In this document: positions 44,265-51,592 of the stretch, in pieces | Position numbering within the stretch: the first letter of the stretch is position 1 | How the letters are laid out: every line of letters starts with the position of its first letter | Origin: an uncultured Verrucomicrobiae bacterium | GTDB taxonomy: Bacteria > Verrucomicrobiota > Verrucomicrobiia > Chthoniobacterales > JAFAMB01 | NCBI GenBank assembly: GCA_963837955.1 | Contig: CAWIPH010000002.1 | Location: forward strand, 2,698,966-2,762,965 | DNA: 64,000 nt | Reading direction: 5' to 3' | Program-made: the position numbers and the translations under genes | Notes under the pieces: generated by a model | What the model was told of the DNA's origin: nothing | Databases searched by the model: none | What the model saw: the letters and a program-made list of their open reading frames with translations, nothing else

Positions 44265-44702
44265 ATGAACATTGTCGATCTCACCCAACGTCCACCTCGG
44301 AGCCCACGCGTAACCCTCGGCGGATATGTCCTATTACCTCGCATGTTGGATAAAGGCCGCGCTCATCTCGCCGGCAAAGCCGGGGAATATCATTTCAACT
44401 GTCCGCTGGATCAGCGCTTCGCGGGCTTCGCTGGATTGAAGGCTGACGATATCCTCCAGCTTTTGAAGGAAGGAAAATCAGATTCCGAGGTTCTGGCGTG
44501 GGTTCGCGAGCACAGCCAGCGATCCGACTTCGAGATCGCGTCGTGGACGCAGTTCCAATTACAACGCGGTCCTTCCGATAACGAGGGCCGCGAATTCTTG
44601 AGCAGTACGGTCCAAGAACTCGCCCCGAATCGAGATGACATACAAACTTTTTTCGATTTGCTTGATCTGGACGATTTTGTCTCGTTCGGCGGAGCTGCCT
44701 GA
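44265..44702 (+). CDS. DUF5069-like protein (paralog 2)
   Basis: 'MNIVDLTQRPPRSPRVTLGGYVLLPRMLDKGRAHLAGKAGEYHFNCPLDQRF'. Confidence 0.62.
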   Translation: MNIVDLTQRPPRSPRVTLGGYVLLPRMLDKGRAHLAGKAGEYHFNCPLDQRFAGFAGLKADDILQLLKEGKSDSEVLAWVREHSQRSDFEIASWTQFQLQRGPSDNEGREFLSSTVQELAPNRDDIQTFFDLLDLDDFVSFGGAA

Positions 44703-44704
44703 TG

Positions 44705-44965
44705 GCGAGGCTGCCGCTGCGCCGGCACCCATCCTCGGTCGGTAGGGTCAGGCTCCCGCCCGCGGCCGCGAGACCCAACGCGGGGAGGGATCGCGTCCCC
44801 GCGATCCCTTGTGGCCGGACCCAAGCGCGTTTGTATACCAAGGGTTAAATTGCCTCCCCCAGGTTAGAGATCGTTTTCTCGGCGCGCGGGGACGCGCGCC
44901 CTCCCGGCGATGGAGCAGGCAAACCATTCTTAAGTTGACGCGTATGGGCTCCCGCCGGACCGCAT
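44705..44965. repeat. Family-C element with an internal insertion
   Basis: ggggagggatcgcgtccccgcgatccc hairpin and ggcgcgcggggacgcgcgccctccc hairpin are separated by ~75 nt of unrelated sequence. The right flank 'cttaagttgacgcgtatgggctcc' is homologous to the 18550-18575 flank. Confidence 0.7.
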
Positions 44966-45034
44966 CCATGGCAGGGCAACGGACGCACAGGAGCGCGTCC
45001 TACCGGCGCTGGGCCCGTCCAAGCTCAGGCATTT

Positions 45035-45682
45035 TTATGCCGCGGCACCAACCACCTCAATCAGCGGCCACAATGAATCGGAAACGAATTTCGGGCGCGC
45101 CGAAGAATCGAGCAGCGGCAGGCCCAGGCGATTATGCCAGAAAACGGGCATCCCCACGCCCGCAGCGCCCGATAGATCGGCCGGTGAACCAGCTACGAAT
45201 AATGCTTGGGCTGGCTCAACCTCCAATTCCTCCAACGCAAGCCGATAGGTTTGCGGATGCGGTTTGTAAAAGCCGGCGCGTTCTGCCGTTACAAGGTTGG
45301 CGAATTGAATCCCAGTCTTTTCTACCGCTATCGCCCCCAACGCTTCCGAACAGTTTGTCACAACCGCAAGTACAACTCGTCGTTGCAATTCCCCAAGGAC
45401 TTCTGTTGTCTCAGGCCACGGTTCGAGCTTGTTCCAAGATTGAATTAGCCGGGCCGGCCGGTCCTCTGAAATCCCTTCTGCAGCAGCAGCTTCCCGCACG
45501 ATGCCATCATAGGGTCGGTAGTTCCCAGCGGCATAAGTAAGTTGAATATATCTCTTCCGCCACCGAAGACCGATCTCTTCCGACTCGGCAACCTCGTTCC
45601 ATAGTTTCCAGGAATTCAGCAGAGCACTTAAGAGATCGAAGACGACCGCTTGATAGGGAGTTCGGCTGCCGGGGTTCATCAT
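45035..45682 (-). CDS. HAD-superfamily hydrolase (haloacid dehalogenase type II-like)
   Basis: 'AVVFDLLSALLNSW' motif I region, 'VVTNCS', 'GFYKPHPQTY', 'FVAGSPADLSGA' motifs. Confidence 0.7.
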   Translation of the reverse strand: MMNPGSRTPYQAVVFDLLSALLNSWKLWNEVAESEEIGLRWRKRYIQLTYAAGNYRPYDGIVREAAAAEGISEDRPARLIQSWNKLEPWPETTEVLGELQRRVVLAVVTNCSEALGAIAVEKTGIQFANLVTAERAGFYKPHPQTYRLALEELEVEPAQALFVAGSPADLSGAAGVGMPVFWHNRLGLPLLDSSARPKFVSDSLWPLIEVVGAAA

Positions 45683-45726
45683 CGAATAATAGCAAATCCG
45701 ACTATCGACGATTGCTCATTTCATAG

Positions 45727-46092
45727 CTACGTCTCCCCCCGGTAAACGCACCGGGCAGAAGGCGTTTCGTGAATCACGATCTCGCTCAAACCGGGACATT
45801 TCGGAGCTAGTCTTTGCCAAAACCAAGCCGCCATGAGCTCGATAGTGGGATTATCCAATCCTGGAATCTCGTTTAGATAACTGTGGTCCAACTGTTCCAG
45901 AAGCGGACTCATCGCTTCACTAATCAGCGCATGGTCATAGATCCAGCCGGTAGCCGGATCGACCTCTCCTTCCACCGAAACTTCCACCTTGAAGCTGTGC
46001 CCATGCATCTGCCGGCATTTGTGCCCTTCCGGCGCCTTTGGTAGCGTTTGCGCGGACTCGAATCGAAAATCCTTGGTTAAACGTGCTTTCAT
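45727..46092 (-). CDS. queD: 6-carboxy-5,6,7,8-tetrahydropterin synthase
   Basis: 'MKARLTKDFRFESAQTLP...HKCRQMHGHSFKVEV' PTPS motifs. ATGA overlap with the queE stop when started at 46092. Confidence 0.9.
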   Translation of the reverse strand: MKARLTKDFRFESAQTLPKAPEGHKCRQMHGHSFKVEVSVEGEVDPATGWIYDHALISEAMSPLLEQLDHSYLNEIPGLDNPTIELMAAWFWQRLAPKCPGLSEIVIHETPSARCVYRGET

Positions 46093-46763
46093 ACCCCCTT
46101 GGTTTCCGGCGCCCAAATGAACTTGTGTAGTTGCAATTGAAACCGAACCGGGAGCTTATCTGCGAGGAGCCACTCGACAATTGCGCGCGGATCAATCTTT
46201 CCAAAAACGGGAGAAAAGAGAATGGTCCCACATCGTCCAGCAAGGCCAAATTTCTCGATCTGTTCTCTCGCCCAGAGGTAGTCTTCGCGAGAACCGATCA
46301 CGAATTTCACTTCGTCGCGCTCGTTCAGGTGTTCGATGTTCTCTAACCGGTTACGGTGCGACTCACCGCTGGTCGGCGTTTTCAAATCCATGATCCGATG
46401 TACGCGCGGGTCAACGGGACTGATGTCATGCGCACCGCTTGTCTCGATCAACACGGTCAAACCGCGATCAGCAAGTTCCCGCATCAGCGGCAACACATTC
46501 TTTTGCAGCAGCGGCTCCCCGCCGGTGATCTCGACCAAAGGGCATTCATACGCTAGGACCTGTTCAACAATCTCCGCCAGACTGATCTTGGTGCCCTTAT
46601 AAAACGCGTATGCGGTGTCGCAATAGGTGCAACGAAGGTCACAAAAGGTTAGTCGCACAAATACGCATGGCAAGCCGGCCCAAGTGCTTTCCCCTTGCAC
46701 GGACTGATAGATTTCGTTGATGGTTAACGTTTGGGCGTTCACTGGAGCGATCGTCTTAACCAT
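46089..46763 (-). CDS. queE: 7-carboxy-7-deazaguanine synthase (radical SAM)
   Basis: 'INEIYQSVQGESTWAGLPCVFVRLTFCDLRCTYCDT' cluster motif. ATG at 46763. Confidence 0.9.
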   Translation of the reverse strand: MVKTIAPVNAQTLTINEIYQSVQGESTWAGLPCVFVRLTFCDLRCTYCDTAYAFYKGTKISLAEIVEQVLAYECPLVEITGGEPLLQKNVLPLMRELADRGLTVLIETSGAHDISPVDPRVHRIMDLKTPTSGESHRNRLENIEHLNERDEVKFVIGSREDYLWAREQIEKFGLAGRCGTILFSPVFGKIDPRAIVEWLLADKLPVRFQLQLHKFIWAPETKGV

Positions 46764-46855
46764 CGCACCGCTTTGCGTGTTGCCAAGGAGCCGGCCTCCG
46801 CGGTCAGCCTGTCGCATCAAGCTGGCGAACCGGCGCACTACCGTCTGACCGGTCT

Positions 46856-47275
46856 TTACGCGCCACGACTCATCCGAACCCTGGGCGGGTCTCTCGGATC
46901 GATCACCAACCCCAATACGTAGGTTCCGCTAAAATCGGATTTGAAAGTCGAACGATCGCTTAACCACCGTTTAATCTCAGCATCGGCACCCGGAAAGCCC
47001 GATGATTTGAAAACACGAGCGTCGATCGCCCGCCCGCGATCGATGGTAAGTTGAACCTGGATCGGAATTTCGTGCGGATTGCTTCCCTGCTTCGCTCTGA
47101 TTTCCCTCCATACTTCCACTGATAGGAGGATTGGTTGCATAACTTTGCCGACTGTCCGGGTTTGACCAAACCCATGTTCGCTGAAAATCAAACCAATAGT
47201 CGCGATCGCGAGCGACTGGAAGGTGCGAAGAAATTGTCTGCGTTTTTGTCCAGCCGGAAAATTCCACTCATCCAC
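46856..47275 (-). CDS. Hypothetical membrane-anchored protein, weak TonB-C-like C-terminus
   Basis: Single hydrophobic segment (LAIATIGLIF). C-terminal 'IPIQVQLTIDRGRAIDARVFKSSGFPGADAEIKRWL' loosely resembles TonB C-terminal domains. Confidence 0.4.
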   Translation of the reverse strand: MDEWNFPAGQKRRQFLRTFQSLAIATIGLIFSEHGFGQTRTVGKVMQPILLSVEVWREIRAKQGSNPHEIPIQVQLTIDRGRAIDARVFKSSGFPGADAEIKRWLSDRSTFKSDFSGTYVLGLVIDPRDPPRVRMSRGA

Positions 47276-47383
47276 GGAAAACGGTTTTGCCGGAAAAGAG
47301 CGCCGAGCTCAACAGTTAGTTTTGTTCGTTGTCCTAGCCGATGATCGTTGAATCTGAAGACGCTTTTGAACAATCATACAGCC

Positions 47384-49099
47384 ATGAAGCCTGGCGTCCT
47401 TCTTAGTCTCGTGCTTTGCGGATGTACCGTAACTTCGTTCGGTCAAGTGGATCGAATTACAGGCAAGCATTTCGCGACGCGATCCGAGGTAATTGCGGTC
47501 CACGGAATGGCAGCGACCGCCCAGCCGCTTGCCAGCCAAATCGCTATCGACATTCTGAAGCAAGGAGGGTCGGCCGTTGACGCGGCCATCGCCGCAAATG
47601 CAGCGCTCGGTCTGATGGAGCCGATCAGTTGCGGCGTCGGCGGCGATCTCTTCGCGATAGTCTGGGACGCCAAGAGCCAAAAACTCTATGGGATCAATGG
47701 AAGTGGTCACTCGCCCCTGGGCCTTTCTTATGAGCAAATGAAGTCGGAATTGGACAAGCTCGGTCTGAAGCAAATTCCGAAGTTTGGCTTTTTACCGATC
47801 AGCGTGCCAGGAACGGTCGACGCCTGGTTCGAGCTTCACCAAAAATTCGGCAAGCTTCCGATCAGTCAAGACCTGGCCCCGGCTATTCAGTACGCTGAAG
47901 AGGGCTTTCCGGTCAGCGAATTGATCGCTTACTATTGGGGCAGGAACGTTGCGATATTGGCCAAACAGCCAGGAGCAATTCTTCAGACCTATACGGTAAA
48001 CGGCAAACCTCCGGCCAAAGGCGACATCTTTCGAAATCCCGATTTAGCCCATACCTATCGCCTTCTCGCAGAAAAGGGACGCGACGCTTTTTATAACGGC
48101 GAGGTCGCGGAAAAGATCGACGCGTTCTTTCGCGCGAACGGCGGCTATCTGCGCAAAACCGATTTTGCGGCACACCGCTCAGAATGGGTCGAGCCCGTCT
48201 CCACGAATTACCGCGGCTACGATGTCTACGAGCTTCCGCCGAATACGCAGGGTGCTACTACCCTCGAGATGCTCAATATCCTGGAGGGCTACGATCTCAA
48301 AACGATGGGTTTCGGGAAGGCTGACACTTTGCACGTGATGATTGAAGCCAAGAAGCTGGCCTTCGAAGATCGGGCACGGTCTTTTGGAGATCCGGCTTTT
48401 TCCCGAGCGCCCTTGGAAACATTGCTTTCGAAGGAATATGCCGCTCAGCGACGAAATCTCATCGACTTGCAGCACGCTGCGCAACGCTATGACGCCGGCG
48501 TTGGAAAGCTGGCCCAAGGCGATACCACTTATTTCTGCGTAGCGGATAAGGAGGGAAACATGATCTCGATCATTCAAAGCAACTATCGTGGCATGGGTTC
48601 CGGCATCGTGGTTCCGGGTCTTGGCTTTGGGTTTCAGGATCGCGGCGAGTTGTTCACGATGGAGCTGGGTCATCCTAACGTGTATGCGCCAGGTAAGCGG
48701 CCGTTCCACACACTCATTCCCGGATTCGTCATGAAGCAAAACCAACCATGGCTTTCTTTCGGTGTAATGGGCGGCGACATGCAACCTCAGGGCCATGTCC
48801 AGGTCCTCACTAATCTGATCGATTTCGGGATGAATCTTCAGGAAGCGGGCGACGCGCCGCGCTGGCACCATGAAGGATCTTCAGAGCCGACTGGAGAGGT
48901 TATGAACAACGGCGGGTACGTCGAAGTCGAAACTGGATTCCCGTATGAAAGCATCCGCGAATTGATGAACCGGCGACACAACGTCCGTTTCGATCTTGGT
49001 GGCTACGGCGGGTACCAGGCGATCATGCGCGACCCGGCAACCGGCGTCTACTACGGTGCCTCCGAGAGTCGTAAGGACGGCTGCGCTATCGGCTACTAG
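47384..49099 (+). CDS. ggt: Gamma-glutamyltransferase
   Basis: Signal/lipobox-like MKPGVLLSLVLCGC, 'GGSAVDAAIAANAALGLMEP', autoprocessing 'GDTTYFCVAD' Thr site, 'GVMGGDMQPQGH'. Confidence 0.92.
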   Translation: MKPGVLLSLVLCGCTVTSFGQVDRITGKHFATRSEVIAVHGMAATAQPLASQIAIDILKQGGSAVDAAIAANAALGLMEPISCGVGGDLFAIVWDAKSQKLYGINGSGHSPLGLSYEQMKSELDKLGLKQIPKFGFLPISVPGTVDAWFELHQKFGKLPISQDLAPAIQYAEEGFPVSELIAYYWGRNVAILAKQPGAILQTYTVNGKPPAKGDIFRNPDLAHTYRLLAEKGRDAFYNGEVAEKIDAFFRANGGYLRKTDFAAHRSEWVEPVSTNYRGYDVYELPPNTQGATTLEMLNILEGYDLKTMGFGKADTLHVMIEAKKLAFEDRARSFGDPAFSRAPLETLLSKEYAAQRRNLIDLQHAAQRYDAGVGKLAQGDTTYFCVADKEGNMISIIQSNYRGMGSGIVVPGLGFGFQDRGELFTMELGHPNVYAPGKRPFHTLIPGFVMKQNQPWLSFGVMGGDMQPQGHVQVLTNLIDFGMNLQEAGDAPRWHHEGSSEPTGEVMNNGGYVEVETGFPYESIRELMNRRHNVRFDLGGYGGYQAIMRDPATGVYYGASESRKDGCAIGY

Positions 49100-49140
49100 A
49101 GTTGGCTGGCGATGACTCGATAGCGCCTGAATTATGGAGC

Positions 49141-49200
49141 CTCATAGGTCACATGCGACTCATAAGTCTCATGCGACCCACGAATCCTACGGCACCACCA
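49141..49200. repeat. Nonamer-repeat element (same subfamily as 28436-28497, opposite orientation)
   Basis: ctcataggt cacatgcga ctcataagt ctcatgcga cccacgaat cctacggca. Lies about 40 nt after the ggt stop. Confidence 0.75.
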
Positions 49201-49249
49201 ATCAAATATGGATAACCTAATAACATGTTAATTTTCTGTTTGTTTTTTC

Positions 49250-49278
49250 TTGCCCTCTGCAAATGGATCCGCTAACAT
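49250..49278 (+). promoter_or_regulatory. Candidate sigma70-like promoter (TTGCCC-N17-TAACAT) in AT-rich spacer
   Basis: ttgccc 49250-55, 17-nt spacer, taacat 49273-78, about 40 nt upstream of ATG 49321. The promoter consensus for this lineage is unknown to me. Confidence 0.2.
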
Positions 49279-49320
49279 CTGGATTAATAAGTTCGTTCAA
49301 AATCGAAGAGATTAAATGAT

Positions 49321-49779
49321 ATGGGCGTAGAAGAATCGCTAATCGGCGGAACCGTTAAAGCTGGAAGTCGCAAAGTCCCGGTTTTAGGTATCGCCATCGG
49401 AGCAGCGGAGACTGCCAAAAACGGATGGGACGCGAAAAGTGCTTTCAAGCGTGCTCTGGATCCTAACCGCAGCGAACAGGAGCGCATTGCAGCAATTCGA
49501 ATAGCAAAAATCTACGGACGCCGCGCAATGTTCAAAGCGGGTAGCACCATCGCCGCTCAGATCCCGGGGTACGGCACAATTGCTTCATTAGCGGTGGATG
49601 GCGCGGACATCGTCTTGCGCACTATGGAAGGTGATCCGCAGAAGATTGAGAAGCCGTCGTCAGAGAAAATAGCCAACAAGAAGAGAAGTACCGAGGCGTT
49701 CATGCAAACGATGCGTGAACAGGCAGCCAAAGAGAATTTGCACGGTAACAATCAAACACAATCGATAAGGCAGTCATAG
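49321..49779 (+). CDS. Orphan hypothetical protein (152 aa)
   Basis: Clean ATG ORF preceded by a visibly AT-rich spacer. Ala/Gly/Lys-rich, no signal peptide or motif recognised. Confidence 0.4.
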   Translation: MGVEESLIGGTVKAGSRKVPVLGIAIGAAETAKNGWDAKSAFKRALDPNRSEQERIAAIRIAKIYGRRAMFKAGSTIAAQIPGYGTIASLAVDGADIVLRTMEGDPQKIEKPSSEKIANKKRSTEAFMQTMREQAAKENLHGNNQTQSIRQS

Positions 49780-49854
49780 CGTTCGATAGAATCGTGCTGA
49801 AAGGCGCTTCCTATCCCGGCCAACCAAACAAGGTTGCCACAAAATTGGGCAGCT

Positions 49855-50328
49855 CTAACCGGTACGTCGCAACACCCCACCCCGCACAATCGCCGCACGC
49901 AGACCGCCATTTCCTTTAAGTGCAGTGTGCGCACCAGGACCGAAAGCGCGTTCCATCCAATAACAAGGGCGGCACTCTTCCGTTCCCCGGAACTGGAGGC
50001 CCTGGATCTCAAACGTCTCACCGATCAAATCGTTCAAATTCACTCCGCGGGTGATCACGTTGCGGCGAAATACTTCAGTCGGACGATCCCAAACGTCGAG
50101 CTTGAGGCAAAGCTCGTCGTAAACCTCCTCGGCAAAGAAAGTGATCTGACCCTTGTAGTTTTCGCTGAAACCAAAATAACGGTCTCCCTCGATTCCTTCG
50201 CCGACGACACACTGAATCTCGTTAACTTCTTGCGCGGGATGGCTGGATGGCTCTTTCCCGTGGTGGCCGACAAAGTTGTGACCAGGAGAGATGTAAAGAT
50301 GCCGAATATCGAATTCAACTAGTACCAC
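49855..50328 (-). CDS. MOSC domain-containing protein (second copy type)
   Basis: 'HLYISPGHNFVGHHG', 'IEGDRY', 'FRRNVITRGVNLNDLIGETFEIQGLQFRGTEECRPC' MOSC core with conserved Cys. GTG start. Confidence 0.72.
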   Translation of the reverse strand: MVLVEFDIRHLYISPGHNFVGHHGKEPSSHPAQEVNEIQCVVGEGIEGDRYFGFSENYKGQITFFAEEVYDELCLKLDVWDRPTEVFRRNVITRGVNLNDLIGETFEIQGLQFRGTEECRPCYWMERAFGPGAHTALKGNGGLRAAIVRGGVLRRTG

Positions 50329-50366
50329 ACTTTAGAATAAACGCTTCGGTCCTTCCTGCCAAATGA

Positions 50367-50652
50367 GGAACGCCGAGAGCGCGCCGAGAACGCCGGGAAC
50401 GCCGGGAACGCCGGGAACGCCGGGAACGCCGACAATGTGATGAACGCTGAGAACGAAAAGCAAGTCGAGAATGCGTGAACGCAAGGAATGTGTGGGAGTC
50501 CGATCAACTTCCTCTCAGCCGCCAGGGGTCGATTCTGCGAGCGATCGCTAAACTACTGTTCGCCGGTGTCGTCGTCGTTCCCGGGGTCGCGGCGCTGTCG
50601 GCGTTCTCGGCGCTCTCGGCGTTCCCGGCGATGACGGCGCTCTCGGCGTTCC
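50367..50652. repeat. Two inverted arrays of GGGAACGCC-type nonamers about 100 bp apart
   Basis: Left array is 50367-50456, including four perfect GGGAACGCC units at 50395-50430. Right array is 50559-50652, with seven complementary GGCG(C/T)TNYC units at 50591-50652. Confidence 0.85.
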
Positions 50653-50722
50653 AAGTGCTCCTCCCCGTTGCAGACCTCGAGAAGCGCAGTTATCCTAATA
50701 GGTGGCTTCGCCTGAAGACACC

Positions 50723-51571
50723 ATGCTGGTAGGATCGAAACGACTCACGATCGAACGGTTTAGCGCAGAGCGACCTCCGCAAAACGCTAGTGACACAGTG
50801 ACGGTCGAAGAGCCGTTGGAGATCCGTGTTCGATTTCGCCGCGGCCCAAACGTTGTTCAAAAACCGGTTTCGGTGACCATGCGTACACCGGGATCCGATC
50901 GGGAACTCGCGGTGGGATTTTTATTTACGGAGGGAATTGTCCACGCAGCCGCTTGGATTGAAGCCAGTGATGTCGAAAGTGACAAAGAAAACTCGATACT
51001 CCTGTCCCTGAATCAAGAGGTCGACTTGAAACGGCTGGAACGGCACTTTTATACCTCTTCGAGCTGTGGCATTTGCGGAAAGACCTCAATCGAGGCGCTC
51101 GCTATTAATCGTGAGATTTCTCTCCCCGATCGCACGCCGCAGGTGAGCGTCGAAACAGTATTAGCCCTCCCAGAGAGACTTCTTGAGCAGCAGGCCCATT
51201 TTTCGAAGACGGGAGGCCTGCATGCCGCGGCGTTGCTCAGTTCAGATGGAAAGATCCGCGCGATCCGCGAAGATATCGGGAGACACAATGCCGTAGATAA
51301 GGTGATTGGTCACGCCCTGCTCTCAAAAGCGATCGATCTCTCGGACTCTATCCTTATGGTGAGCGGTCGGGCAGGCTTTGAGTTGGTTCAGAAAGCCATC
51401 ATGGCGGGTATTCCAATCATGGCGGCGGTCGGAGCCCCTTCTTCGCTGGCGGTGGAACTTGCGCGACGCTACGATCTCACCTTAATCGGTTTTCTGCGAG
51501 GCACCCGTTTCAACCTCTATTCGGGTCGCCAACGAATGCCGGCGGCGGCTGAGCAGTTCGCGACTACTTAG
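50723..51571 (+). CDS. fdhD: Formate dehydrogenase accessory sulfurtransferase FdhD
   Basis: 'SSSCGICGKTSIE' motif, 'GGLHAAAL', 'EDIGRHNAVDKVIG', 'VSGRAGFELVQKA'. Confidence 0.9.
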   Translation: MLVGSKRLTIERFSAERPPQNASDTVTVEEPLEIRVRFRRGPNVVQKPVSVTMRTPGSDRELAVGFLFTEGIVHAAAWIEASDVESDKENSILLSLNQEVDLKRLERHFYTSSSCGICGKTSIEALAINREISLPDRTPQVSVETVLALPERLLEQQAHFSKTGGLHAAALLSSDGKIRAIREDIGRHNAVDKVIGHALLSKAIDLSDSILMVSGRAGFELVQKAIMAGIPIMAAVGAPSSLAVELARRYDLTLIGFLRGTRFNLYSGRQRMPAAAEQFATT

Positions 51572-51592
51572 CTTGCAAGCATCAGCGCTGCC

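Noticed and set aside
44809-45540. 243-aa + strand ORF spanning the family-C repeat and the HAD gene region
   Set aside because: Its 5' part is a translation of the repeat element. The rest is antisense to a HAD hydrolase with recognisable motifs. Composition is Arg/Pro/Ser/Ala-rich.
49085-49099. ggt ends '...atcggctac tag', resembling a solo family-A right terminus (..atcaggctac) next to a TAG
   Set aside because: The match is short (~11/14) and lies in coding sequence for a plausible Ggt C-terminus (AIGY). No partner terminus is present, so it is probably coincidence.
50367-50652. Possible CRISPR array (regularly spaced repeats here and in the other short-period tracts)
   Set aside because: Units are only 7-9 nt, directly abutting with no unique spacers. 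The two arrays are inverted relative to each other, and no cas genes are in the window.
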